From NCBI RefSeq assembly GCF_963921235.1, contig NC_086108.1, forward strand, positions 53,632,001-53,696,000: a stretch of 64,000 nucleotides of DNA. The letters run 5' to 3'. The notes beneath the pieces are model-generated. The model was not told the DNA's origin. It saw only the letters and a program-made list of their open reading frames with translations, and made no database searches. The position numbers were made by a program, and so were the translations under genes. This document shows positions 20,894 to 35,290 of the stretch, in pieces. Every line of letters starts with the position of its first letter. Position 1 is the first letter of the stretch. Source of the DNA: Mobula hypostoma (lineage: Eukaryota).

Positions 20894-23879
20894 TGAACAG
20901 GGTGGGTTAATAGCGCTTGGTTTTTTGCTGTTTTTGTCCATCTGTGACAGACTGTAACACTTGTAAAGATTTATCATTTGGTCCCCGAGTCAGCACCATT
21001 GGCTAAAGAACTGCATTGGTAAAAGAGAATGATTTGCGATTGTTAAAAGTGGTCAGGTCCTGAGCACCTTTATCATAATATTGATTAGAGCTGGCTAAAA
21101 GATCCAGGTTACCTTGTACTGAATAGGGTGATTCTGTGACCATTAAGCTCAGGGGTCAGAAGGTGAGGTTGAAGTGTGCCAATGGGCTTCCTAGTTAATG
21201 TCTTGGAAAGCTCAATTTCCAACCCCCGCCACAGATTAATATTGCACAAATCTTGTTAAAGGTTTTGTTAACTATATATTTTATAATTGTCTTTTGTGTT
21301 CAAGCCAATCTCTTGAAAATGTAATGTGTCCCCAGGATATGTTTTTTTTCGCTCTAAGTGCAGTGTATTGTGCCTGAATACTAATCTTTAAGCAGGACAG
21401 CAAGCCACTCGCATTCCTGCTCTTTTGCATTCCATGTGTTAGTGTGAGTTATGTGCTTGGACTGCGCAAGCCAGCAGAGCACCCATTGGAGACAGACTCA
21501 CAGTATCGAACTCGTTCAAGTAAACTCCCACCTAGACTATTTTGATGATCACGAAAGGGTCAGAAGAAATCAGGCAGCATCTCGCTTAAATTTTTAGTGC
21601 ATAGTTTTAGAAAGATTGATCTTGTGCTCATTTTAAAAGTCCTTTAGATCAAGATAATTTTCTGAATGGCATGTTTGTGTTCAGAGTAAACTATATTGGG
21701 CAATCGCTGTGTGTTACATAAACATTATGTTCGAATGATATCCCAAATATTCAACTTATTACCACACATCTGACCTCTCAGAGGTCGTGTTTTCATGGTT
21801 CTATTTTTTCTCTGTTTATTTATATTCTCTTCTCTTGCTTTACTCTTGGTTGGCTGAATTGATATTTCCTGTATTCTGGTACCCATTCTGATAAGCTGGA
21901 CAGTAATTGTGAGAGACTAAGCAATTGAGGATGCTTTACATTTTCTGGCTGAAGCTTAGTCTCTCTCACTCACAATCTATGTGTACATTTTAGGAGTGTC
22001 AATGAATAAAGACAACCATTCACCCCCCCACCCCCTCCCTTTTCCCTGCACTAGAGTTAGTGATCCCTTCTGTTGATTCTTCTGAGAAGCATGCACGTAT
22101 GTTGGTTTGAATCAGCTAAGTGAGGATTGAACTGCAGGCTTTTGCTGACTGAGTGGGCCTTCAGTTTACAACAATTGAGGGCATAGACCCAAAGTAATTG
22201 CTACTGGTTCTCCGGCAGCGTGAGAAAATGTTCCCTTGAAGGCAGAGGGTTATTATAATCTGGAATGTAATGTCTAAATGCAGATGGATTCCTTATCTAG
22301 AAGAGAATCAGATAATTGTTTGAAAGAAAACTTCACCGGCCGTAGGGGATAATAAGAAATTAGTACCAAAGGATGGGTTGTCCAAGAAAAAAGAACATTA
22401 CATGATGGACGGACAGGTCTGTTTCATACTCTGGTCTGTTCTTTGAAATACAAGTGGCCTCATTTCATTTGTGGATGTTAAAGGAAACAGCTATAAGACA
22501 ATGTCACTGATTTCAGGGTTACTTATACATAAGAAGTTACTCGTTGATCTAGGTAAACTGCTACCTTTACTAATGGTTGCCATCACAGTCTGTATCATAA
22601 ATTAGTGCTGCTAATAAAGGTTTCTATCCAGGGGTTAAGTTAGGTGCTGAGTATCTGTATTCTCCTTGTCTCCACAGTATGGTAAGATGTGAGATCTTGA
22701 TCTCTGTCTGATAATTGTGAGTTGAACTTGTGTGTCTGGCCCTCATCAAAAAAAGATTTAACTGTGGTGTCAAGGGTTGGAAATACCCCGTTGTATAAAG
22801 GTACATCTTTATAGCAAAAGCACACCATTATTCCTGGCTGGTTGATTCCTCCACATGTGATAGCCCTGAAGTTAGTACTTAACACGGTCTTTCTTTTGAA
22901 TCCACATGGTATCCCTTGCCTTACTTGGTGCCAACATTATGACAGTGAATCAATTTATTGTCCATTAATTGACATTCGGTTATAACTGATGTGATTCTTC
23001 TCATGAAATTAAATTATCATCTTTGACATGCCACTGTGCCTTTACATTATAAATTTTTGCTTCCTGACACCTTCATTTGCACACATTTATTTTAACGAAG
23101 CCATTTGTCCCAGTCAGTGCCCATAAGGTTTAATCAGGTAGAGCTGTACTGTGGATCCCATTTCGCTGATGAATTGTATGTAAGTTGGACAGAGTGGCTT
23201 ACTAGCAGGGAAGGTATTGATATTTTCTGGCCCTGGATTGACTATCTTGGACTCCTCGCAAAAGCCAAGCATTTCTCATCAACTTTCACATCAACATTGA
23301 GGGAAGCAAAGTCACAATTACCTCTGCTCCTGGCCGAACAACATGAACAGAGAGGTGTTGTTATTCCTCAGCCAAGGCAATCTCAACCGTTTTGCTCCAA
23401 GCAAGTTTACTTAAAATAGTAACATATTTTAAAATATCAAAAGCATGTAATTACAATTATTATTGCAAAGATCTTCAAAAACATGTGCTCCATGTTCCTT
23501 TGATTACACCGTCTCAAGTTGTTCAGCTACTTATAATGTATTATTTCCAGTTTTTCTGCATGATATATTATGATGGCTTTGCTTTCTCTCATTCCTGTGG
23601 TGTCTTCCTTAAAATGTAACAAGAATAGGCTTCCCTTATCATCTTGAACTTGTCTGTGATATTGTTGAGCTGAGCTGTAAGGAACCAGAAGCCATGAGGT
23701 TTTTATTTTCATTCTGTCCTATCAACAAGTTCAATAAGGGCACCAATAGGACGACTAGAACGGGTCTGGGTCTGCAGATGACCGGTATATGAGGAATGTA
23801 TTGACATCATATAACATCTTTCAGTTTGCAGTTGGTGAACTATTTTTGAATGTAGGAAACTTGCCAGCCAATTTTGGAT

Positions 23880-24135
23880 GCAAAATGGTCCCAAGAACGT
23901 GTTCTTAGAGGTATTATTTGCATAAACATTGGTCAGTGCTTTTCACTGTTCAAACAGCTGACTTGGCATACCAACGCTCAGTTTCAACGTTCCATCCAAA
24001 AAGTAGCATATCTGGTAACACTGCACCTCTCCAGAATTTCAGCCCAGAGTTTGTGTTCAAATCTCTGCTGTGGGACTTGAAGTCACAAACGGACATTTCT
24101 GAGGCAAAATGCTAACTACAGAGACACAGCTGATC
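23880..24135 (-). mobile_element. Ancient Deu-domain SINE remnant
   Basis: Minus strand has a tRNA-like head then GTGCAGTGTTACCAGATATGCTACTTTTTGGATGGAACGTTGAAACTGAG, resembling the Deu domain; highly diverged. Confidence 0.5.
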
Positions 24136-24659
24136 CTTGTGTTTATTTGGATCTGAGTTGAGGATGACAGTTATATATCTCAGGTTTGATATACTTTGCG
24201 CGTCTCCTCACTGACTGGACATGCCATAAAAATGCTTGATATTGAAAGGACTGGAAAGGAAATATAAACCAGTCAAAAAGGAAAACAAAACTTAAAGAAA
24301 GGCTGAAAACTGGAGCAGTGTGAGCACAGCAATGCACCACTGTTTAAATTCTGATAAACATCTGATTTAGAAAGGAGTGTTGTACTTGGATTTCGGTTTG
24401 CACATAAATGGAATGAATGAGTTTCGTCCCTGGGTACTTGAAACTGCATCATAGCTGTGCTTAGTTGAATAGTTACCCAACCTCAACTCTGCATTTTAAA
24501 AAAATACTAAATAATTGTTTCCAACAAATCTATGTAGTTCTTTTACAACTTTTGAATAATTTTTAGAGTTGCATTTTCTCCTTTTCACTGTGCCTGGGCC
24601 AGTTCTGGTGCAATGGCAGGACATCATGCCCCTTGTAACTGTTATGGCTCAATTGATGA

Positions 24660-25005
24660 CTTTCTTGTCTCTGAGATAGAAGTTTGTGTGTTATGTACCA
24701 CTTGCAAAGAATCCTTGGCTCATACCTCAGTACAGTGCATGAGTGTGCCACATTGCTGGAAAAATCTTTCAGATGAAACTTTAAACTAACATTATGTCTA
24801 CATTCTCATGTAGATTTAAAAAGATCCCATGGATTTATTAGAAAAAAACATGGACATTACCCTCAGTGGCCTTGGTCAATATTAATTGCTCAAGCTACAG
24901 CTCATAGACAGATTTGTGGAACTTCACTGTACACAAGTCAACCATTACATTACATTACATTGTGACTGCACCACAGAAATTGGCTGTAACTCACTTGGGG
25001 ACATC
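24660..25005 (+). mobile_element. Ancient Deu-domain SINE remnant
   Basis: TCTTTCAGATGAAACTTTAAAC..AAAAGATCCCATGG..TTAGAAAAAAACATGG..CTTGGTCAATATT resembles the Deu domain. Confidence 0.55.
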
Positions 25006-25499
25006 CTGACAGAGGCATGCAGGCACTAGGTCAGTGTAATTTCCTTTCCTTTTGAGCACTGTGTGTTTATAACAGAGGCTCCTCACAGTCATTACGAGCT
25101 TAATAGCCAATGAAGTGACTTTGAACCCTGGTTGTTCTTGTAATGAAGGAAATATTGCAGTCAGTTTGCCCTCAGCAAGCTCCCAGGAACAGCAGATTGA
25201 CAAGGAGAAGATGATCTGGTTTAATGACGGGTGAGGAACCAGAGTATTTCTAGCCTTCCCTTTTATTTTAGATTTCCAGTGACTGCTGTGTTCTGAGACT
25301 CACAATTTCTGCAGGTTTTCTTTCCTCTACACTTACTCATCTCCTTCCAATTATACCCCTACCATGCAGATCTCTTTGCCCTTATTGCACTCCCTTAGAC
25401 TGCACAAATAGTGCACATTTCAATGGATTCTTCTGACTGCACCTTACCACTGACATTCCCTGCACTCTACCAATTCCCTCTCTGCAATTTAAAGCACAG

Positions 25500-27480
25500 C
25501 TATCAAACCAGAATAAATATGGCCCTTGTGGGAGCGTATTAAACTGGATCCGGAATATTTATGAGAGCGTTATGCAGGAACTAGGGAAAGTTAATTAGGA
25601 ACAGCTGTTTTTGGCCAAGTCCACAGCTAACACGTGGAGGGTGTTTAAAGACCAACTACACAGGGTCTAGGACAGAAGGAAGGACAAGGATGGCAAGGTA
25701 AAAGAGGCTGTAAGGGAGGTGATGAATTTAGTCAAGAGGAAAAGGGAAACTATGTAAAGCTTGGGAAGCTGGAATCAAACAGTATCCTTGAGGGTTATAA
25801 AGAAGCCAGAAAAGAACTCAAACAGGGAATTAGGAAAGCCAGCAAGGACTGAGAACGATTAAAGAGAATTCCAAGGCTTTCTATACATACACCAGGAGCA
25901 ATAGCGTAACTAGTGAGAGGCTGGGACCACTCAAGGATAAAGGAGGGAACATATGCTTGGGTATGAAGGGTGTGGGTGAGGTTCTTAATGAGTACTTTAC
26001 ATCAGTATTTACCAAGGAGAAGAACATGGAGGAAAGGGAGATCAGTACTGAGATGTTAAAGCATTTCAAGCTACAAGAAGAGGTAAAGTTGGGTCTTTTC
26101 AAAAACTTTAAGATAGATACGTCCCCGGCACCTGAATGGATCCACCCCAGGTTATTGAGAGATGCAAGTGACCAATATCGTTGTGTCCTCTCCAGGTACA
26201 GGTGAGATCCTGAAGGACTGCACTGGTAGATCTCATGTCAATGATACACAAGATACTGGAGAGAATTCTTAGGGATAGGATCTGTGAGTGTTTGGAAAAC
26301 CATGGCCTAACTGGGGACAGCCAGCATGGCTTTATGTGGGGCAACTTGTGTTTTACTAACTTGATTGAGATTTTTGACGCAGTGACAAGGGTGATTGATG
26401 AAGCTAGATCTGCGGGATATAGTCTACATGTATTTTAGTAAGGCATTTGACAGTGTCCCTCATGGGAGGCTCATCCAGAAAATTAAGTTGATCAGTGGTG
26501 AATTAGCTGTTTGGATTCAGAACTGGCTTACTCATAGAAGACAGGACTGTGGACAAAGGGACTTATTCTAACTGGAGATCTGTGATTAGCGGTGTTCTAC
26601 AGGCATTGTTCCGGACTCTGCTGTTTGTGATGCATATAAATGACCTGGATGAAAACATAGGTGGATGGGTTAGTCAGTTTTCAGATAATACGAAGATTAG
26701 TGCTGTTGTGGATAGCGTAGATGACTGGCAAAGAATTCATGAGATATATAGTAGATCAGATGCAGATCTGGGCGGAGAAATGGCGGATGGAGTTTAACCC
26801 CAGAAAAGTGAAGTGTTGCACCTTGATAGGTCAAATGTAAAGAGACAGTACACTGTTAAGAGCAAAAATCTTTAACAGCATTGATGAGCAGAGGGATCTT
26901 GAGGTCCAAGTTCATAGCTCCCTGAAAGTGGCTTCACAGGTTGATCAGGTGGTTATGAAGGCATATGGCATGCTTGCATTTATTAGTCGAGGCATTGAGT
27001 TCAAGAGTCAAGAAGTGGTGTTGCAGCTTTATAAAACTACACCTGGAGTATTGCATACGGTTCTAGTTGCCCCATTATAGGAAGGATGTCAAGATTTTGG
27101 AGAGGGTGCAGAAGAGGTTTACCAGGATGCTGAATAGATTAGAGGGCATGTGCTATAATGAGAGGCTGGACAAACTTGGGTTGTTTTCTGTGGAGCAGCA
27201 AATGCTGAAGGGAGATCTGATAGAGGTTTATAAGATTACGAGAGGCATAGATAGAATAGACAGGGAGTATCTTTTTCCCAAGGTTGAAATGCCTAATACC
27301 AGAGGAACAGGTGAGAAAGGGGGTAATTTTAAAGATGGTAAAGGGCAAGTTTTTTTTAACACACAGAGTGGAGGGTGCCTGGAATGCACTGCTTGGGTTG
27401 GGACTTAGGGACTTTTAAGAGACGTTTAGACATTTGTGAAGGAAGTGGAAGGATGTCAACATTATATCAGCATAAGGGAC
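25500..27480 (+). mobile_element. Degraded CR1 LINE ORF2
   Basis: EVLNEYFTSVFTKE, SQHGF, HINDLDE..FSDNTKI, YRKDVKILERVQKRFTRML in broken frames. Confidence 0.9.
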
Positions 27481-27484
27481 TATA

Positions 27485-28890
27485 AACATGAGAGGGTCTG
27501 CAGATGCTGGAAATCCAAAGCAACACGTAGAGACTGCTGGAAGAACTCAGGCAGTGTCCATGGAAATTAATAGCTAGCCGACGTTTCGGGCTGAGACCGT
27601 TCTTCGGGACTGAGAAGGAAGGGGGAATACAAAGGTGGGAGGAAGTAAAGGAGGCTAGCTGAAAGATGATAGGTGAAGCCAGAGTTGGCGGGGGGGGGGG
27701 GGTGGTTGGAAAGGTTGTGGGCCGGAGAAGAAGGAATCTGATAGGAGAGGAGAGTGGACAGTAATAGGAAGGAGGAGGGGACCCAGGGGAAATAATAGAC
27801 TGATAAGAAGAGGTAAAAGTTCAGAGTGGGGAATAGAGGAAGGGGGAAGGGGAGTTTGTTTACCAGAAGGAGAAATAGTCATCATATAGATAGTCAGGTT
27901 GAAGGCTACCAAGACAGAATATAAGGTATTGCTCCTCGACACTGAGGGTGGACTCATCGTGACACAGGAGTCCATGGACTGACACGTTGGAACAAGAATG
28001 GGAATTGGAATTAAAATGTTTGGCCACTGGGAAGTCCCACTTGTGGCAGATAGTGCAGAGGTGCCCGATGAAATGCTCCCTCAATTTATGACAGGTCTCA
28101 CCAATGTAGAGGAGGCCACATCCGGAGCACCGGACACAATAGACGACCCCCGTGTATTTGCAGGTGACGTGTTGCTACACATGGGTGGACTACCTGGGGC
28201 CCTGAATGGAGGTGATGGAGGAGATGTATGGGTAGGTTTAGGACTTAGGCCGCTTGCAGGGGTAAGTGCTGGGAGGGAGATAAGTTGGAGGGACAAATGG
28301 ACAAGGGAATTGCAGAGGAAAGTGGAGCGGTGGGGGGAAGGTAAATATATATTTAGTGACAGGATCCCTTTGGAGATGCTGGAAGTTGTGCAGGGCATGA
28401 CTTCAGGATTGAAGGACGTCCTTTTAGAATTGAGATGCAGAGAAATTACTTTAGTCAGAGGGTGGTAAATCTGTGGAATTTGTTGCCACGAATTTGTGGA
28501 GGCCAAGCCATTGGGTGTACTTAAGGCAGGGATGGACAGGTTCTTGATTAGTCAGGGCATCAAATGGTATGGGGAGAAGGCAGAGGACCGAGGATGACCG
28601 GGTGAAGTGGATCAGCCCATGATTGTATGGCGGAGCAGACTCAGTGGGCCGAATGGCTTACTTCTGCTCCAAAATGTTATGGTCTTAGAATATTTTGGGT
28701 GTAGAGGCTCATGGGGTGGTAGATAAGGACAAAAGGAATTCTATCACTGTTAAGAATCTGGGAAGATGGGGTGAGCACGGAAGTACAGGAAGTGGAGGAG
28801 ATGTGGCTGAGGGTAGCATCAATAGTGGAGGGAGGGAAACCCCGTTCATTGAAGAAGGAGGATGTCTCTGATATCCTGGAGTGGCATAAG
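27485..28890 (-). mobile_element. Penelope-like element (upstream ORF remnant + GIY-YIG region + terminal repeat), interrupted by CR1
   Basis: Minus-strand ORF 27860-28084 (DFPVAKHFNS..EEQYLIFCLGSLQPD) and 28677-28910 (FFNERGFPPSTID..IPFVLIYHP); degenerate hammerhead ~27576-27612. Confidence 0.85.
28392..28687 (+). mobile_element. CR1 3' fragment nested in PLE
   Basis: YFSQRVVNLWNLLP and tail GGGCCGAATGGCTTACTTCTGCTCC..TTATGGTCTT. Confidence 0.85.
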
Positions 28891-29149
28891 GGATTATTGA
28901 AATTGGCCATTTGATTACTAAGTTATTTGGTTCAGTACAACATTGCTCCTGTGCTATACTGTTCTGTGTTCTACTCCGCAGACTTAAGCAAGCCTGCATC
29001 CCTTAATCTACTGAGACGGAGGCGGCATTTCCTTCTCTGAATTAATACTGTGATGATTGGCCCAGACCACTCTAATCTGGATTATGAGCCCATTATGCTC
29101 TTGACAAGCTGTGAGAGTGCTCCCTCTCAGCCACACTAACCCTAACTAC

Positions 29150-29250
29150 TGTAGTCCTGATGAAGGGTCTTGGTTGGAAACATCGACGGAGTACTCTTTT
29201 CCATAGATGCTGCCTGGCCTACTGTTCCTCCAGCATTTTGTGTATATTGC
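29150..29250 (+). mobile_element. PLE terminal fragment with degenerate hammerhead
   Basis: AGTC-CTGATGA-AGGGTCTTGGTTG-GAAA-CATC-GAC followed by AGATGCTGCCTGGCCT as in the other PLE ends. Confidence 0.75.
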
Positions 29251-31121
29251 TCACTACTGAAGGATTTGTAGTTGTAAATAATATATTGATACTTTGCAAT
29301 GTACGGATGTTAATTATTTTAAAAAGTAGAATTATTATTAGAATTAACTATCTAAATTGAAAAAATAAGTTGTAAATTTAGCAGCTGTATCTCTGGTTTT
29401 ACCCCCAGATCGGTGTTAAACAATCCTTAATTTATTCATTTCCAAATTTACAAATAGAACATACCAGATATAGTAATGAAGTGAGCAAAAGAAAGCAGGA
29501 TGGTATCTGATAGGAACCTTAATCTCAACTGTAACTAGAATTTATAATTGTCCATTAACTCCCTATTAGAGAAGGGAATGTCTGTGCACACTATTTGAAT
29601 TTATCTCAGACTCTCCTGGTGTGGTTTGAAGTCACAATTTATTAGTCTAGGCCTCTGGGTTATTTCAGTAACATAATCATGGCCTCATGATACCTTCATT
29701 GGGAAAGCCAAAAATGATATGAATTGGAATCAAACACCTGTGCTTTTTTATATGTGTTTAGGAAGGAAAGAAATTTGCTAGACTTTACATATAACACTGT
29801 AGATAAAAGGACATGTTTGAACCTGCACACAGAATAGCTCTCTACTACCCGATCACTCTATCTTCCCTGTTGAAAGCTACGTACATACTGGGAGAGAATG
29901 GGGTTGAGGTGAGCCGAGAAGGATTCCTTTCATGATGCGATGGCTGTAACCACTGAAGTCATGATGTGGATCTATTCGCAGGGTAGCTGACGACAAGAAA
30001 CTTGGGGTCAGTCTTAATCTGCCATTGCCCAGTGTCCACGTGTACTTTCTAACAGGAAAGTTGAATTGACCAATCATGTTCATTGGCTGATTCCGATTTC
30101 AATTCCCTACCTTATCCCAGGGGCAAAATGGTTGATTATCTTGGCTTCAATCTTGGAGCCTTCCTGTTCAGATTTACACAGGGCAATGTATTTACTGCAG
30201 AGCCTTTTGGAGAGTGTAGGTAATGAGTTCATTCTGGAAAGGTTTTTGAAAATGGTTTGTAACTTTTCATAACATTGAATCAAAGAAATTGTGAAAGAAA
30301 TTCATATTTATCTTTGCCACCATTTTGAGTTTCTTTATAATGTTTCCATTTTAATAAATTTCTTTCTTTTTAAACTGTGTTTGAAATTGTGGAGAAACCA
30401 GTTTGGAACAGTTCCAGAAACCTTTGCTGTAAGGGAGTAGAATTACCTTCAGCAGAAACAAATCATTAAACCAGGATGCTTCAGCAATCTTCTCATTTGA
30501 AAAATGCCTTGTTCATTTATCTTCCTCAACTGGACAGTTACAAATAGAAAACTACTCTGATAACTATTCCTTCTTTGCCTCACACCTTCAACCTTGCTAA
30601 GTTATATTTCTGTTTTTACTGTTGTGATTTCACAACTTTGCTTTTGCCCTGACTTGGCTGAATCTGTTGATACTACAATTCTTTACCATTCTAGACTTGT
30701 CACCACTGCTAACGTTTCTTTTGTCTACCACAACTTCAAAACTATCAGCCTGAAGATTTAGAATCAGAGAAAACAACAGCACTGAAGAAGGTTGTTCAGC
30801 CCATGTGTACTCTGCCAAGTTTAGCATTTCACAGATTACTAAAGTTAAAAAATCATTTGCCTAGCTATTATTATCCAGTTGATCTCATCTCTTCTAACTT
30901 AATCTCAGTGCCACACCACTTCAGAGGTAATTTCCATTCAAGTGGATTTAGTTTTATACTTCAAAACAAAAATGAAGTTTCTATAAATGTTTTTTAAAAT
31001 TTTAAGCAAGATTTTTAAAATATCTTATTTTAAGGGTGGAAATTAGGAAATTATTTACGTGGACTCCAGTGGAGCTTTGACAGAGTTCCTCATAATAGGC
31101 TGATCCTAAAAATTAAGGCAC

Positions 31122-31965
31122 AATCAGAACCAGGTTTAATATCATCAGCAAATATCATGAAATTTGTTTTGCTGCTGATGTTGCAATACATAATTTAAAT
31201 ATACATATTAATATTACCACAATTTAAATGTATATATTTTTTAATATGTAGTGCAAAAAGAGAGCAAAAAGAAGTGAGATAGTGTTCATGGGTTTATTGT
31301 CTATTCAGAAATCTGATGGCAGAGGGGAAGAAGCTGTTCCTGAAAAGATGAGTATGTGGCTTCAGGATTCTGTACCTCCTTGCTGGTAACAATCAGAAGA
31401 GGGCATGTCCTGGGTGACAAGGGTCCTTAATGATGGATACAGCCTTTTTGAGGCATTGTCTTTTGAAAGTGTCCTTGAAGCTGGAGAGGCTAGTGACCAT
31501 GATGGAACTCTCTGTGCTTTGCCAACTTTCTGCAGCTTTTTCTGATCCTGTGCAGTGGCTCCTTCATACCAGATGGTGATGCAACCAGTTAGAATGTTCT
31601 TTGCAGTACATCTGTAGAAATTTGCGAGAGGCTTTGGTGACATACTAAATCTCCTCAAACTCCTAATGGAATAGAGCTGCTGCCGTGCCTTCTTTGTAAT
31701 TGCATCAATATGTTGGGCCCAGGATGTCAACATCCAGGAACTGGAAACCATTCGCCCTTTCCACTGCTGATCCCTCGATGAGGACTGGTGTGTTCCCTCA
31801 ACTTCTCCCTCCTGAAGTGCACAATCAGTTCCTTGGTCTTAGTGGCATTGAGTACAAGGTTGTTGTTGCAGCACCACTCAACCAGCTGATCTCTCACTCC
31901 TGGTATGCCCCCTCTTCACCATCTGAAAATTTGCCAACTATATTTGTGTCATCAGTAAACTTATA
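31122..31965 (-). mobile_element. Rex1-like LINE 3' fragment inserted in a CR1
   Basis: ORF 31362-31751: WAQHIDAITKKARQQLYSIRSLRRF..ANFYRCTAKNILTGCITIWY. Confidence 0.85.
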
Positions 31966-32505
31966 GATTTCAGTTCAATATTAGAATGGCTATAGAAGGC
32001 AGAGAGTAGAGGGTGTTTCTCGGACTGGAGTTCTGTGACAAGTGGCGTTCTGCTGGGATCAGATCTGGGACCTTTGTTTGAGATACATCTGAACGACAAT
32101 GATGAAAATGTAGATGGACTGAATTGTAAGTTTGCATTTGACACAAAAATTGGTAGTGAAAGGGTACAGCAGAATATAGATCAACCCACAGATATGGGCA
32201 AAGAAAGAGAAGATGGAGTTTAATGTAGACAAGCGTAAGATGTTGCACTTTAGGAGGTCAAATGTATGAGGAATGAACTATGCAGTACGTTCCCTTTGCG
32301 GAGCTGATATACAGAGGAATCTCATTGATACCTGAAAGTGGCGACATGAGTAGATGGGGTGGCAAAGAGGAGAGATGGCATGCTTTTCCATCGCAGGATA
32401 TTGAGTATTAAAGTCAGGAAATCACTTCGCAGCAATACAAAACTTCAGTTAGGCCACATTTGAAGTATTGTGTGTAGTTCTGATTGCTGCATTACAGGAA
32501 AAATG
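31966..32505 (+). mobile_element. Degraded CR1 ORF2 (continuation of fragment at ~31050-31120)
   Basis: TSGVLLGSDLGPL..KFAFDTKIG; VRPHLKYCV. Confidence 0.8.
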
Positions 32506-32509
32506 TTTG

Positions 32510-32735
32510 TTTATTTATTGAGATATGGTGCAGGGTAGGCCCTACCAGGGCTGCACAGCAGCATGAGCCTAATCACGGGACAATTTACAATGACCAATTA
32601 ACCTACCTACTGGTACACCTTTAGACTGTGGGAGGAAACTGGGACTCCCAGAGGAAACCCACGAGGTCACAGGAAGAGTGTACAAACTCCTTACAAGCAG
32701 CAGCGGGAATTGAACCAGGGACGCTGGTACTGTAG
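32510..32735 (-). mobile_element. V-SINE (HE1-like)
   Basis: Reverse complement of the V-domain at 19880-19990; B-box-like GGTTCAATTCC on the minus strand (~32706-32716). Confidence 0.8.
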
Positions 32736-34449
32736 ATCAAGATCTTAGGTTCATTTACTGTAAAATATACAGTGAAATGTGTCATTTGCTTTAAAAACAA
32801 CACAGCGTAAGGGTGTGCCGGGGTGTGCCCACAATGTTCAACACAAAGAACAACTGCAGCAAAGCAAAGCACAACAGCAAAACAAGCCCCTTCCCAACCT
32901 CCCACCCATCCACCCACCATCTCTGACCTCCATACCTCAGGTCTTCAATTTCCAGTCGCTTGCCCAGACTCTCACTCTTCCAGACATTGGACCTCCAATT
33001 TCTGTACGTGCACCCCAGGGACTTCGACCTAAGGGCCTTGACCTCTGGAGTGTTAACTATATTGAGTATTGACGATGAGGCGATGTTGGACAAATTTGGA
33101 TGGTTTTCTCTAGAGCAGGAAGGAGTAAAGTCAGTCATGGTTCCTGCTCCAGATTGCTAGGTGTGTCTATACTTATTGAGTCAGTGAAGGGTTCAGACCC
33201 TGTTCCCTGCCACTTCTTGTCAGTGAAGCCTCAAGCACTGCCTGGGGTAGAGTGTCTGCTTTTGGGAGAGTTGGTGAAATCAGCAGAAAGCACAAGTAAA
33301 CGGACTATTGGTTAACACAAGTGAAGGGGTTTCATCCTTATTCAGCCTGTTTTCTTTGGACTACCTGCCAAGAATTGCTCAGTTTGTTTATTGGTAAATG
33401 TTCATAACATATTCACCAGCTTGGAAACACTCCTATTAATGTCTTTGCCTCTAAAAGTAGCACGCTACTTTTCGTCCTCAAAGACCTGGGAATGAACACA
33501 ATGAGTGAAGCTCTAGGAAATGATATACTGATCCTGCAATGTAGCTAAATTGTGGACAGGGCCAACGTTCTACGTGCTATTTGTTTTTTAAATAGTAACT
33601 TCAGTTGTGCTGAGTCCGGGTAATGTTTTTGGTTCGGTTACATTGACTTCAGGAGAATTGCACTGAGTAAGAGTACTGAACTGAAAAGAAACTTCAGTCC
33701 CAGGTATTTGACTAGTAGGAGCTTCACTGCCAAATCTGTCGAGAGTCCGCACCACTAGAAACAGAGCAGGGACATTCGGATGAAGTTGATGGCAGTGATC
33801 TGCTGTAACTCCTCTCCCAGAATGGATGGAGTGTGTTCGTAGGATGAAAAAGGCATTAGGAACTCCTTTGGTGCACTTGTCCACATCTCACACATTATCC
33901 TGGTGTTAACTAGGTCAGCAAGAGCATTAGGCTCTTGCTTTTTCTCCTCCTGGTTTTGTCTTCTTCTTCCTAGAGGCTGGGCTGCAATTCAGTGGGTGTT
34001 GTCAGTTCATTTTGGTGAGCCTGAAGGTAGTTTATCCGTCTCAGCATTATTGGATGCTGTCCTTCGCAACCACACCCACACCATTTGCGGCAGGGGCAGT
34101 AGATGCTGATAATGAGCAGGAGCCTTGGCTTGCCCCGTGCCTCTCACTGGGGATCTACTGAACTGCTCACTACCAGCACTTTGCTGAGAGAAGTGAAGCC
34201 ATCACAGATGCAGCTCGAATTTGTTACCTTTTCATAAATTCCACTTATTTTTTGAGTGCAGGAAGAAGCCACTAGGGCAATCATGCTTTGTTTGGCTCTA
34301 TTTTATCTCAATTCCTTCTTCAGTGTTATTGGTGAACCTTCTTTCACCTCACTTTCTGTATACTCCAGATCACAACAATTTACTGCAAGAAATATTTCGC
34401 CCTATTGACATCAAATTTGCATATAATGGTTAGTGATCCTCCTGTCAAT

Positions 34450-35290
34450 GGACATAGTTGTTCATTACTTAACCGATCAAAACTTTTCAAAGTTATCACT
34501 TCTTTCAAGGCTTCGCTGCTCAAGGAAAACATCACTTGTTTCTCTAGACTCCAAGCATAACCCAAGTCTCTCAACCACGGTATAATTCTATTGGATCTCA
34601 TCTGCTCTTTTCTGAGGCTTTGGTATTTTTCCTACTGTTCTGACTAGAAATGGCCATCCATAAGCTAGTTGAGACCGAATTTCACAGAATAATAAGACTT
34701 TAGTTCCTTGCCATTGTGTCTCTGTTTATAAAGCTGAGAATCAAGGATCTTTTAAAATGGCTTTTTCAGCCTGTCTTGCCACTTTCAAAATCTGGTTCAC
34801 AGGTTGATCTTGACTCTGTCTGTTTAACCTTGTGCCTTTTAGTTATTATTACCTTTTCATCATTATATCTAAAAGATTTTAAATGTATTTCTCACTGCCA
34901 ATCACCAGTCTATCTGTGCTCCCCTGAAATCTGTTCTCATTCCCTGCTGTAGGTAACATTCTCAAGTCTTGATCATTGATACAGTTTGAAATTGTGCCCA
35001 AGTTGAGTTCATCATATGTGGAACACTATTGGTGACCTGTGAGTGATACCACTGCAAAAATTCACCAATATCCTCTGCTTCCTGTCCCTTGACCAATTTT
35101 GTGTCCATCCCTTTAATCCCATTGGTTTTAAGTTTGCTAATGAGTCTACTTTGCAAAGTGCCCTTTGACAAAGGCTTTTGAACATCAGTATACACGTCAT
35201 CAACCACAGTACCTTCACCAGCCTCTCTGATGCAGCATCAAACTACTTCATCAGGTTAGTTAATCGTGATTTGTCTTTAACAAATTTTTG
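34450..35290 (-). mobile_element. Old CR1-like LINE remnant
   Basis: Minus strand VDDVYTDVQK..LISKLKTNGIKG..WTQNWSRDRKQR. Confidence 0.6.

Noticed and set aside
33974..34014. Strong polypyrimidine tract and AG with a GTGAGC donor
   Set aside because: Short unrecognised peptide; no supporting evidence without transcripts.
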